NCBI GenBank assembly: GCA_963818005.1
Contig: CAWFQP010000045.1
Location: 3,273 to 67,272, forward strand
Direction of reading: 5' to 3'
From: an uncultured Pseudomonadota bacterium
GTDB taxonomy: Bacteria; Pseudomonadota; Gammaproteobacteria; Burkholderiales; Burkholderiaceae_C
DNA: 64,000 nt
In this document: positions 23,614-35,245 of the stretch, in pieces
Numbering within the stretch: position 1 is the stretch's first letter
Layout of the letters: each line of letters begins with the position of its first letter
Position numbers and translations under genes: made by a program
The notes under the pieces: generated by a model
The model's database searches: none
What the model was told of the DNA's origin: nothing
What the model saw: only the letters and a program-made list of their open reading frames with translations

Positions 23614-24263
23614 GTCGAATCGGCAGGTGCCTTTTCGGCGCCCGCCTCCTCGTCCTTCACATAGCGGCTGAGGTACAGGCCCTGCGCCAGGGTGAAAAGC
23701 AGCATCAGCCCGATGCCGCCGAAGAGCTTGAAGTTGACCCAGGTGTCAGTGGAAAAGCCGTAGGCCACCCACAGGTTGAGCAGCCCCATCAGTGCGAAAA
23801 AGGCCACCCAGGCGAAGTTGAGCCGGTGCCACACCCGCTCGGGCAACTGCATCTGCTCGCCGAGCAGCGCGCGCAGAAGGTTCTTGCCGAAGAGCAATGG
23901 ACTGAGCCAGAAGGACAGGCCCATCGCCCAATACAGCATGCTGGGCTTCCACTTGATGAAGGTCTCGCTGTGGAAGTAGATGGTCGCGCCGCCCAGCACG
24001 ACCACCAGCACCAGGCTGACCCAGAGCATGGTGTCGACCTTGCGGCCGCGCAGCCTGATCCAGGCCACCTGTGCCAGCGTGGCGATGATCACCACCACGG
24101 TGGCCAGCAGGACCGGCGCCTCGTTCGCGCCGACCACGTTGCCCGACACCAGGAAACCCAGGTGGCTGGTGGCGAAGGCCGCGGCCCATTCCTTGTGACC
24201 CTCGGCGTATTTGAAGGCCGCGAAGAACAGAACGATCGGCAGGAAGTCGAAGAGGAATTTCAT
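23610..24263 (-). CDS. ispZ: septation protein A (IspZ/YciB)
   Basis: MKFLFDFLP, FIKWKP, WVNFKLFG. Confidence 0.93.
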   Translation of the reverse strand: MKFLFDFLPIVLFFAAFKYAEGHKEWAAAFATSHLGFLVSGNVVGANEAPVLLATVVVIIATLAQVAWIRLRGRKVDTMLWVSLVLVVVLGGATIYFHSETFIKWKPSMLYWAMGLSFWLSPLLFGKNLLRALLGEQMQLPERVWHRLNFAWVAFFALMGLLNLWVAYGFSTDTWVNFKLFGGIGLMLLFTLAQGLYLSRYVKDEEAGAEKAPADST

Positions 24264-24309
24264 GCGCTCGGCGGGCGATCGCTTGGGGCAGCGCGCAGGC
24301 CTGCGCGCT

Positions 24310-24810
24310 TCAAGCCGCCGGCTCGAAGTTTATCGCGGCCGAGTTGATGCAGTAGCGCTCGCCGCTGGGTGCCGGCCCGTCGTCGAACACATGGCCGAGG
24401 TGCGTGCCGCAATTGCGGCAGCGCACTTCGACGCGCACCATGCCGTGGCTGGCGTCGCGCACGCGCTCGATGACCTCGCTGTTGATCGGCTCGGCGTAGC
24501 TGGGCCAACCGCAGCCGGCGTCGAACTTGCTGTCGGACTGGAACAGTGGCGTGCCGCAGCCGATGCAGTCGTAGCGGCCGGCTTCGAAGTGGTCCCAGTA
24601 CTTGCCGGTGAAGGCGCGCTCGGTGGCGGCATGGCGTGCCACCTGGTATTGCATCGGGTCGAGCTGTTCGCGCCATTCGGCGTCGCTCTTGTGCACCGGG
24701 TACTTGTCGGTCTCAGCCGCGCCGGCCTGCGTGGAGCGCCCCACCGCGGGGGGGCGGGGCAGGCCGTCCGGCGCCTCGACGGGGGTCTTGTCTTTCGGAT
24801 TCGAACTCAT
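24310..24810 (-). CDS. msrB: peptide-methionine (R)-S-oxide reductase
   Basis: [33 protein letters not shown], two CxxC. Confidence 0.96.
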   Translation of the reverse strand: MSSNPKDKTPVEAPDGLPRPPAVGRSTQAGAAETDKYPVHKSDAEWREQLDPMQYQVARHAATERAFTGKYWDHFEAGRYDCIGCGTPLFQSDSKFDAGCGWPSYAEPINSEVIERVRDASHGMVRVEVRCRNCGTHLGHVFDDGPAPSGERYCINSAAINFEPAA

Positions 24811-25178
24811 GATGGGCAGGACACCTTCAGTGGTTGCGCCCAGTCGCGCGGAAAGGTTCAGAGGGCCGCGTCACGACTGGCGAAGCAGTTGGAGCAGCGC
24901 AGCGCCGTCGGCTGGGCTGCGGCTGACGTCACGGCGCTCATTGCGCGCAGTGTAGTGAGCGTGCGGCCCTGGCCAGCCGGCCAGGGCCATAAGGGTTCGA
25001 ACCGATACGGAGTCTCTGCGACAGGCACCCATCCAGTGCTAACCTTGCGCGCTATGCGCATAGCCGTGCACCGCGTTGGTGTAGCGCACGCGACAGGGAC
25101 TGAGGTGCCGGTCTCGTAGCATGCCCGATGGTATGCCGGCAGTCCGATTCCAACTTGCCTATCCAGGAGTGACACAGC

Positions 25179-26449
25179 ATGAAATCCGAACGCCCCCTGC
25201 ACCTCCATGGTCTGCTTCCACTCGTCATCGGCACGGCGCTCGCCGTATCGGCTGCCTCGGCCTTCGCCCAGGCCAAGCCGCTCGCGGGACAGACCGTGAA
25301 GATCGTGCGGATCGACGCGCTGTCCGGCCTGATGGGGCCGGTGGGAACGAACCAGTCGAAGAACTACCAGTTCTTCGCCGAGAAGTTCAGCATCACCAAT
25401 CCGGCCGGCGTCAAGTTCGAGTTCACGGCCATCGACAACAAGCTGAGCCCGACCGAAAGCCTGAACGCGCTGAAGGCGGCGATCGACCAGGGCGTGCGCT
25501 ACATCGTGCAGGGCAACGGTTCGTCGGTGGCGCTGGCGCTGGTCGACGCGATCAACAAGCACAACGAGCGCAATCCGGGCAAGGAAGTGCTGTACCTCAA
25601 CGACTCGGCGGTCGACCCCGACCTGACCAACAGCAAGTGCAGCTACTGGCACTTCCGGCTCGACGCCGACACGTCGATGAAGATGGAGGCGATGACCACC
25701 TTCATCAAGGATCAGCCGAGCGTCAAGAACGTCTACCTGCTGAACCAGAACTACTCGCACGGCCAGCAGGTCGCCAAGTTCGCGAAGGAGATGCTGGCGC
25801 AGCAAGCGGCCCGACATCAAGATCGTCGGCGAAGACCTGCACCCGCTGGCGCAGGTGCGCGACTTCGCGCCGTACATCGCCAAGATCAAGGCCTCGGGCG
25901 CCGACACGGTGATCACCGGCAACTGGGGCTCCGACCTGTCGCTGCTGATCAAGGCGGCCAACGAAGGCGGCTACGACGGCAAGTTCTTCACCTACTACAC
26001 CGGCGTCACCGGCACGCCGACGGCGCTGGGCACCGGCGGCGCGGGCCGCGTCTTCCAGATCGCCTACAGCCACTACAACATGGGCGGGCAGATGGACAGC
26101 TGGATGAAGGAGTTCACGCACCAAGTACAACGACGACTTCTACACCGGCTCGGTGATCCATGCGTATGAGCTGCTCGGCGCAGCGATGGCCAAGGCCAAG
26201 TCGACCGACCCGGTCAAGGTGGCGGCGGCGATGGAGGGCCTGAAGTTCAAGAGCTTCAACGGCGAGGTCGAGATGCGCAAGACCGATCACCAGCTGCAGC
26301 AGCCGCTGTACATGACGGTGTGGCAGAAGGCCGACGCGAAGTACCCCTACAGCCCCGAGAACACCGGCATGACGCTGGTGCCGGTGAAGGAGTTCCCGCC
26401 GTACGTGTCGAGCACGCCGACCAGCTGCCAGATGAAGCGGCCGTCCTGA
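25179..26449 (+). CDS. branched-chain amino acid-type ABC substrate-binding protein (frameshifts ~25803, ~26122)
   Basis: Three consecutive ORFs make one protein: QGNGSS, DFAPYIAKIKASGADTVITGNWG, MRKTDHQLQQ. Confidence 0.85.
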
Positions 26450-26533
26450 GCCGGGGCCTTGCCGCGCCGCGCCAGCGCGATCCTGCCGACGCGGCGGCGC
26501 GTCGTGCCTGTGTTCGCAAACCGAGCCTGAGCC

Positions 26534-27567
26534 ATGGAGTTCTTCACCATCTCGATGCTCAACGGCCTGAGCTACGGGCTGTTGCTGTTCATGCTCAGCT
26601 CGGGGCTGACGCTGATCTTCAGCATGATGGGCGTGCTGAACTTCGCGCACGCCAGCTTCTACATGGTCGGCGCCTACGTCGGCTACAGCGTCGCCAAGCT
26701 GACCGGCTTCTGGCCGGCGCTGTTCGTCGCGCCGCTGGTCGTCGGCGCGCTCGGCGCGCTGTTCGAGCGCTTCTGCCTGCGCCGGGTGCACAAGTTCGGC
26801 CATGTGCCGGAGCTGCTGATCACCTTCGGCCTGGCCTACGTCATCCTCGAGCTGGTGCAGCTGATCTGGGGCCGCACCGCGGTCGAGTTCAAGCCGCCCG
26901 AGATCCTGCGCGGGCCGGTGTTCACGCTGATCAACTCGTCGGTCGATGGCCTGCGCTGGTGTGGGGCGCCGCGCCGGCGGCGATGTGCAAGGCCGCCGAT
27001 GCCGCGGTGCGCCTGGTGTGCTCGCCGTTCCCGGCCACGCGCGGCTTCATGATGCTGGTCGCGCTGCTGATGCTGCTGGCGCTGTGGCTGCTGCTGACGC
27101 GCACGCGCATCGGCCTGGTGATCCAGAGCGCGCTGACGCACCCCGAGATGGTCGAGTCGCTGGGCCACAACGTGCCGCGCGTGTTCATGATGGTGTTCGG
27201 CGCCGGCGCGGCGCTGGCCGGGCTGGCCGGGGTGATCGGCGGCAGCACCTTCGTCACCGAGCCGGCGATGGCCGTCACCGTCGGCTCGGTGATCTTCGTC
27301 GTCGTCGTCGTCGGCGGCATGGGCTCGCTGGCCGGGGCCTTCCTGGCGTCGATCCTGATCGGCGTGATCCAGACCTTCGCCGTCGCGGTCGACGCCTCGC
27401 TGCTCGGGCTGGTCGAACAGATCGGCATCAGCCTGGCGCGAGCGCTGGCGGGCAACTCGCTGATGAAGCTGACCGTGTCGCAGGTCGCGCCGATCCTGCC
27501 GTACCTGTTCCTGGTGCTGATCCTGATCTTCCGGCCCAAGGGTCTGCTCGGCACGCGGGAGGGCTGA
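26534..27567 (+). CDS. ABC permease, LivH-like (frameshift ~26957)
   Basis: SSGLTLIFSMMGVLNFAH, VVVVGGMGSL, FRPKGLLG. Confidence 0.85.
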
Positions 27568-27571
27568 AGCC

Positions 27572-28883
27572 ATGACAACTGTCGCCCAGGCCAAACCCTT
27601 CAATACCGGCCGGCTGCATCACCTGGGGCCTGTTCGCCCTGGTGCTGCTGGTCGCGCCGCTGGTCTTCACCAGCCCGTTCTCGCGCAGCATGCTGTCGCA
27701 GATGGGCATCGCCATCGTCGCCTGCCTGTCCTACAACATGCTGCTGGGCCAGGGCGGCATGCTCAGTTTCGGGCACGCGGTCTACACCGGCCTGGGCACC
27801 TTCGTGGCCGTGCACGCGATGAACAGCATCGGCGGCGGGCTGCCGATTCCGATCAGCCTGATCCCGCTGGTCGGCGGCCTGGCCGGCATCTTCTTCGCCG
27901 TGCTGCTGGGCTACGTGACGACCAAGAAGGCCGGCACGCCGTTCGCGATGATCACGCTCGGCCTGGGCGAGCTGGTGTTCGCGATGTCGCTGATGATTCC
28001 CGAGTTCTTCGGCGGCGAGGCCGGCGTGTCGGCCAACCGCGTGGTCGGCGACCCGGTGATGGGCATCACCTACGGGTCGGCGATGCAGGTCTACTACCTG
28101 CTGGCGATCTACACCTTCCTGTGCACGCTGGCGATGTTCGCCTTCACCGGCACGCCGCTCGGGCGCATGCTCAACGCCGTGCGCGACAACCCGGAGCGCG
28201 TCGAGTTCATCGGCTACGAGATGCAGCGCGTGCGCTACCTGTCGTTCATCATCGCCGGCTTCTTCGCCGGCGTGGCCGGCGGCATGTACGCGATGAACTT
28301 CGAGATCGCCACCGCCGAGGTGGTCGGCGCCGGGCGCTCGGGCGCCTACCTGCTGTTCACCTTCCTCGGCGGCGCGACCGTGTTCTTCGGGCCGATCATC
28401 GGCGCGGTGCTGATGGTGCTGGCCTTCGTGCTGCTGTCCGAGTTCACCAAGGCCTGGCTGCTGTACCTCGGGCTGATCTTCCTGTTCATGGTGATGTACG
28501 CGCCGGGCGGCATCGCCAGCCTGATCCTGATCAACGTGCGCGTCGCGCGCTTCGGCAAGCTCGGCCGGCTGGGGCCGTCCTACATCGGCCTGGCGCTGTC
28601 AGGGCTGCTGATGCTGGCCGGCGCGGCGGCGCTGATCGAGATGATCTACCACCTGCAGCTCAACATGGCGGCCGGCCCGGAAGTGCAGCTTCCTGGGCCT
28701 GGCGCTCAACGTGCAGAGTCGCGATGAGCTGGATCGGCGCCATCGTGGTGCTGCGGCATCGGCTTCGCGCTGTTCGAGCTGGCGCGGCGGCGCTTCGTGC
28801 GGCTGTGGAGCGATGTGCAGACCGAGATCGCCCAGGACGTCGCCCGGCTGCACCGGGAAGCGACCGAGGAGGCACCGGCATGA
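27572..28883 (+). CDS. ABC permease, LivM-like (several frameshifts)
   Basis: GQGGMLSFGHA, FAMITL, RDNPERVEFIGY, YAPGGI. Confidence 0.83.
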
Positions 28884-29678
28884 GCAGCACGGCAAGCCCC
28901 TCGCGCTACGCCGTCGAGCTGAAGGACCTGCGCAAGTCCTTCGGCAAGACCGAGATCATCCGCGGCGCCAACCTGGCGGTCGCGCCCGGCGAGCGGGTGG
29001 CGATCATCGGCCCCAACGGCGCCGGCAAGTCCACGCTGTTCAACCTGATCAGCGGGCGCTTCGGTCCGACCAGCGGCGAGATCCTGCTCAACGGCGAGCG
29101 CATCGACGACCTGCGGCCCTACGAGATCAGCCGCAAGGGCCTGGCGCGCAGCTTCCAGGTCTCCAACCTGTTCACGCGGCTGTCGGTGTTCGAGAACCTG
29201 CGCTGCGCGGTGCTGTGGTCGCTGGGCTACCGCTACTCGTTCTGGAAGTTCCTGGCCAACACTGCACGACGCCAACGCGCGCGCCGAGGAGCTGATGGCG
29301 ATGATCAAGCTCGAGCACAAGCACGACACGCTGGCGATGAACCTGACCTACGCCGAGCAGCGCGCGCTCGAGATCGGCATCACCATTGCCGGCGGCGCCA
29401 ACGTGATCCTGCTCGACGAGCCGACCGCCGGCATGAGCAAGAGCGAGACCAAGCGCTTCGTCGAGCTGATCCGCGAGGTCACGGTGGGCAAGACGCTGCT
29501 GACGGTGGAACACGACATGGGCGTGGTCTTCGGTCTGGCCGACAAGATCGCGGTGCTGGTCTACGGCGAGGTCATCGCCTTCGACGAGCCCGAGGCGGTG
29601 CGCGCCAATCCGCGCGTGCAGGAGGCCTACCTGGGCTCGGTGCTGGCCGACCAGCAGGCGGCCGAGGCCGGGCATTGA
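28880..29678 (+). CDS. ABC ATP-binding protein, LivG-like (frameshift ~29262)
   Basis: GPNGAGKST, LLDEPTAGM, EHDM, VQEAYLG. Confidence 0.85.
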
Positions 29679-29692
29679 GCCGGGACATCGAC

Positions 29693-30398
29693 ATGAGCAG
29701 CCTGCTTCAACTCAAGGGCCTCAACGCCTTCTACGGCAAGAGCCACATCCTGCACGGCGTGGACTTGAACGTCGGCGAGGGCGAGATCGTCAGCGCTGCT
29801 CGGGCGCAACGGCTCGGGCCGCTCGACCACGGTGAAGACCATCATGGGCCTGGTGCAAGGGCAGGGCTCGGTGCGCTTCAAGGGCCAGGAGATCCTCGGC
29901 CACCATGCCTTCGACATCGCGCACCGCGGCATCGGCTACGTGCCCGAGAACCGCGACATCTTTCCCAAGCTGACGGTGCACCAGAACCTGATGCTCGGCG
30001 AGAAGCGCGGCAAGGCCAAGCCGCGCTGGACCTTCGACGACATGTACCGCATGTTCCCGCGGCTGAAGGAGCGCCAGCACACCGAAGCCGGCGTGATGTC
30101 GGGCGGCGAGCAGCAGATGCTGACGCTGTGCCGCACGCTGATGGGCGACCCCGACCTGATCATGATCGACGAGCCCACCGAGGGCCTGGCGCCGAAGATC
30201 GTCGAACTCGTCGCCGAGTACCTGAAGGAGCTGAAGAACCGCGGCGTCTCGGTGCTGCTGGTCGAGCAGAAGCTGACCATCGCGCTGGCCATCTCGGAGC
30301 GCTGCTACGTCATGGGCCACGGCAGCATCGTCTTCGAAGGCACGCCGGCCGAGCTGCGCGCCAACGACGAGGTGCGCAAGGAGTGGCTGGAGGTGTAG
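29693..30398 (+). CDS. ABC ATP-binding protein, LivF-like (frameshift ~29792)
   Basis: YGKSHILHG, GRNGSGRST, MSGGEQQML, DEPTEGLAP. Confidence 0.85.
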
Positions 30399-30519
30399 GC
30401 TCGGGCCTGCCGCACGGCCATTGTGGCGACGGAGTGTCGCTGCCTTTACAGCCAGCATGCCGGGTGCGTCCCTAGAATCGCACGACCGTTCGCTTTCTCC
30501 AGCCTCGAAGAGGAATGCC

Positions 30520-32615
30520 ATGACAGCCAGCTACGAAGTCCGCGGCAACGTTGCCGTCGTCACCCTGAACAACCCGCCGGTCAACGGCCTGGGCTACGAC
30601 ACGCGGCGCGGCATTGCCGACGGCATCGACAAGGCCAACGCCGATGCAGCCGTCAAGGCCATCGTCATCACCGGCGCCGGCAAGGCCTTCTCGGGCGGTG
30701 CGGACATCCGCGAGTTCGGCTCGCCCAAGGCGATCGCCGAGCCCAACCTGCTGTCGCTGTGGCTGCAGTTCGAGGCCTCGGCCAAGCCGATCGTGGCGGC
30801 GATGCACAGCGTCGTCATGGGCGGCGGGCTGGAACTGGCGCTGGCCTGCCACTACCGCGTGGCCGCGCCCGGCACGCAGGTGGCGCTGCCCGAGGTCAAG
30901 CTCGGGCCTGGTGCCCGGCGCCGGCGGCACGCAGCGCCTGCCGCGCGTGCTGGGCGTGGAAACCGCGCTGAACATGATCGTCAGCGGCGAGCCGGTGAAG
31001 AGCGAGATGCTCGCCGCGATCCCGGGCCAGAAGCTGTTCGACAAGTTGATCGACGGCGACCTGATGGCCGGCGCGCTGGCCTTCGCCGCGGAGATTGCCG
31101 ACCAGCGTCCGCTGCCGCTGGTGCGCAACCTGAAGGCCACGCATGCCAATGCCGACGGCTACTTCGCCTTCGCGCGCAACACCGTCAAGGCGATGGCGAA
31201 GAACTTCCCGGCGCCGGCCAAGTGCGTCGACTGCGTCGAGGCCGCGGTGAACATGACGTTCGACGACGGCATGCGCTTCGAGCGCGACACCTTCCTGGCG
31301 CTGATGCTGACGCCCGAGAGCAAGGCGCTGCGCCATGCCTTCTTCGGCGAGCGCGCGGCCAGCAAGATCCCCGACGTGGGCGAGGACACGCCGCAGCGCA
31401 AGATCGAGAAGGTGGCTGTCATCGGCGCCGGCACGATGGGTGGCGGCATCGCGATGAACTTCCTCAACGCCGGCATGCCGGTGACGATCCTCGAGATGAA
31501 GCAGGATGCGCTGGACCGCGGCATCGGCGTGATGCGCAAGAACTACGAGTCGCAGGTCAAACGCGGCAAGCTCAAGCAGGACAAGTACGAGCAGCGCATG
31601 GCGCTGCTGAAGACCACGCTGGCCTACGACGACATCAAGGACGCCGACCTGGTGATCGAGGCGGTGTTCGAGGAGATGGGCGTCAAGGAAAAGGTCTTCA
31701 AGACGCTCGACGAGGTGATGAAGCCCGGCGCCATCCTGGCCAGCAACACCAGCACGCTCGACGTCGACAAGATCGCCGCTTTCACCAGGCGGCCGCAGGA
31801 CGTGGTCGGCATGCATTTCTTCAGCCCGGCCAACGTGATGAAGCTGCTCGAAGTGGTGCGCGGCGCCAAGACCGGCAAGGACGTGCTGGCCACGGTGATG
31901 GGCGTGGCCAAGAAGATCAGGAAGACCGCGGTGGTCTCCGGCGTGTGCGACGGCTTCATCGGCAACCGCATGATCGAGCAGTACAGCCGCCAGGCCGGCT
32001 TCCTGCTCGACGAAGGCTGCACGCCGGCGCAGGTCGACAAGGCGATCGAGAAGTTCGGCTTCGCGATGGGCCCGTTCCGCATGGGCGACCTGGCCGGCAA
32101 CGACATCGGCTGGGCGATCCGCAAGCGCCGCAACGTCGACAAGCCCGGCATGCGCTACAGCAGATCAGCCGACCTGCTGTGCGAGATGGGCCGCTACGGC
32201 CAGAAGACGCAGGCCGGCTGGTACGACTACGTGGCCGGCAAGCGCGACGCCATCCCCAGCCCGGTGGTGGTGGAGATGATCGAGAAGCACCGCGCCAGCC
32301 TGGGCATCAAGCCGCGCAAGATCGGCGAGGACGAGATCGTGCATCGGCTGGTCTACGCGCTGGTCAACGAAGGCGCGAAGATCCTCGAAGAGGGCATCGC
32401 CAGCAAGGCCAGCGACATCGACATGGTCTACCTCACCGGCTACGGCTTCCCGCTGCACCGCGGCGGGCCGATGTGCTACGCCGACACGGTGGGCCTGTTC
32501 AACGTGGTGCAGGCGATGAAGCGCTTTGCCGCCAATCCGCAACGACGACCAGGCGTTCTGGCAGCCCGCGCCGCTGCTGGCCAAACTGGCGGCCGAAGGC
32601 AAGAGCTTCAGCTGA
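30520..32615 (+). CDS. bifunctional enoyl-CoA hydratase/3-hydroxyacyl-CoA dehydrogenase (frameshifts ~30905, ~32540)
   Basis: FSGGADI, GGGLELAL, PEVKLG, GAGTMGGGI, ASNTS, HFFSPAN, GFIGNRM. Confidence 0.9.
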
Positions 32616-32640
32616 GTCCCAACCTCTTCAAGGAACCCTC

Positions 32641-33817
32641 ATGACCCAAGCCCTGATCGTCTCCACCGCCCGCACGCCCCTGGCCAAGAGCTTCAAGGGC
32701 GCCTTCAACATGACGCATGGCGCCACGCTGGGCGGCTTCGCGATCAAGGCCGCGGTCGAGCGCGCCGGTGTCGAACCGGCCGCGATCGACGACGTGCTGA
32801 TGGGCTGCGCCAACCCCGAAGGCGCCACCGGCATGAACATCGCGCGCCAGGCGGCATTGCGCGCCGGCATGCCGATCAGCGTCGGCGGCGTCACGATCAA
32901 CCGCTTCTGCTCCAGCGGCCTGCAGACCATCGCCATGGCCGCGCAGCGCATCGTCGCCGGCGAGAGCGACCTGCTGGTCGCCGGCGGCGTGGAAAGCATC
33001 TCCTGCGTGCAGCAGGAAATGAACAGGCACATGATCGCCGACAGCTGGCTCAAGGAGCACAAGCCGGCGATCTACATGTCGATGCTCGAGACCGCGGAGA
33101 ACGTGGCCAAGCGCTACGGCATCCCCAAGGAGCGCATGGACCACTACGGCGCCGAAAGCCAGCAGAAGGCCTGCGCGGCGCAGGAGGCCGGCAAGTTCAA
33201 GGACGAGATGGTGCTCGTGCACGGTCACCGCCGGCGTGGCCGACGCGCAGCTCGGCCTGCGCACCAAGGAAGTGACGATCAGCGCCGACGAGGGCCTGCG
33301 CCCGGGCACCACCTACGACGGCATCAAGGGCATCCGCTCGGCGCTGCCCGGCGGCGTGGTCACGGCCGGCAATGCCAGCCAGTTCAGCGACGGCGCCGGC
33401 GCCTGCGTGCTGGTCAGCGACACCTACGCGCAGCAGAAGAACCTGAAGCCGCTGGGCCGCTTCCTCGGCTTCGCGGTGGCTGGCTGCGAGCCCGACGAGA
33501 TGGGCATCGGCCCGGTCTTCGCCGTGCCCAAGGTGCTGAAGCGCCTGGGCCTGAAGGTGGAGGACATCGACCTGTGGGAACTGAACGAGGCCTTCGCGGT
33601 GCAGGTGCTGTACTGCGCCGACACGCTGGGCATCCCGATGGACAGGCTCAATGTCAACGGCGGCGCCATCGCGGTGGGCCACCCCTACGGCGTCAGCGGC
33701 CAGCGCCTGACCGGCCACGCGCTGATCGAGGGCAAGCGCCGCGGCGCCAAGCGCGTGGTGGTGACGATGTGCGTCGGCGGCGGCATGGGCGCGGCCGGCG
33801 TGTTCGAGGTGCTGTGA
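32641..33817 (+). CDS. acetyl-CoA C-acyltransferase (thiolase; frameshift ~33215)
   Basis: [27 protein letters not shown]. Confidence 0.92.
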
Positions 33818-33905
33818 GCGCCGCGCGGCCGTTGCGAAGCTGCTCGCGTCCGCTCGGGGGTCCGGCCCGCAGGGCCTGGGGGGCCCTGTGAACGGCGGAG
33901 CGCCG

Positions 33906-34794
33906 ATGAGGGTGCTGCGCACCGACGAGTCGCGCTTTGCGCAGCTGCCCGACTTTCCGTACGCACCGCACTACCTCGCAGATCAATGGTCTGCGCATGC
34001 ACTACATCGACGAGGGCCCGCGCGATGCGCAGGTCACGGCGCTGTGCCTGCACGGCGAGCCGAGCTGGGCCTACCTGTACCGCAAGATGATCCCGTCCTT
34101 CCTCGCGGCGGGCTTGCGCGTGGTGGCACCGGACTTCTTCGGTTTCGGCCGCTCGGACAAACCCGAGGACGACGCCTGGTACAGCTTCGAACGCCACCGC
34201 AACACGATGCTGAAGGTGGTCGAGACGCTGGACCTGCGCAACGTGCTGCTGGTGGTGCAGGACTGGGGCGGGCTGATCGGCCTGACGCTGCCGCTCGAGC
34301 AGTCCGAGCGCTACACCCGGCTGCTGGTGATGAACACCGGCCTGGGCCTGGGCACGGTGACCGAAGGCTTCAAGCGCTGGCGCGACTACAACAACTGCCA
34401 GCCCGACTTGGCCGTGGGCAAGTTGATCCAGCGCGGCACGCCGGGATTGAGCGATGCCGAGGCCGCGGCCTACGACGCGCCCTTCCCCGACATGCGCTAC
34501 AAGGCCGGCGTGCGTGCCTTCCCGAACCTGGTGCCCGATCGCGAGGACGCGCCTGGCGCGGCCATCAGTCGCGAAGCCGCAGCCTTCTGGAAGGAGCGCT
34601 GGACCGGTGACAGCTTCATGGCCATCGGCATGACCGACCCGGTGCTCGGCCCGCCGGCGATGCACTCGCTGCGCAAGCTGATCCGCGGCTGCCCCGAGCC
34701 GCTGGAGGTGGCCGACGGCGGGCACTTCGTGCAAGAACGCGGTGAGCTGATCGCGCCGGCGGCGCTGCGCCACTTCGCGCTCGCGCAAGGCTGA
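33906..34794 (+). CDS. haloalkane dehalogenase, HLD-I/DhlA-like (frameshift ~33980)
   Basis: LHGEPSW, GFGRSDKP, nucleophile QDWGG, GFKRW, YDAPFPD, GMTD, GHFVQE. Confidence 0.88.
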
Positions 34795-34803
34795 GCGCGG
34801 CCC

Positions 34804-35235
34804 ATGGACATCGAGCTCGACGCGCTGCGCGATCTTTTCCGCAAGGCGCCGTTCATGGTCGACCTGGGCGTCGAGCCGGTGCACGCGGCCGAGGGCCGGA
34901 TCCACACCGTGCTGCAGCTGGCACCACGCCATATGCAGCACACCGGCCAGGTGCATGCCGGCGTGATGGTCAGCATGGCCGACCATTCGATGGGCATCGC
35001 CGCGCAGACCCTGGCGGCCACAGGCTTCATGGTCATCACCGCCGAGCTGTCCACCAGCCTGCTGCGCGCGGCCAGCGGCGCGCGGCTGGTGTGCGAAGCG
35101 CGCGTGGTCAAGCCCGGGCGCAGCATCAGCTTCACCGAGGCCGATGTCTATTGCGAATCGGCCGGGGCGCCGCGGGTGCATGTCGCGCGCGCCTCGGCCA
35201 CGATGGCGCTGACGCGCCAGCCGATGGTGTCCTGA
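34804..35235 (+). CDS. PaaI family thioesterase
   Basis: HMQHTGQVHAGVMVSMADH hotdog motif. Confidence 0.85.
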   Translation: MDIELDALRDLFRKAPFMVDLGVEPVHAAEGRIHTVLQLAPRHMQHTGQVHAGVMVSMADHSMGIAAQTLAATGFMVITAELSTSLLRAASGARLVCEARVVKPGRSISFTEADVYCESAGAPRVHVARASATMALTRQPMVS

Positions 35236-35245
35236 GCAGCCGTCC

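Noticed and set aside
27572-33891. Very long ORFs 27572-30475 and 30421-33891 that look like multi-domain fusions
   Set aside because: They arise from frameshifts stitching in-frame pieces of separate genes to off-frame sequence
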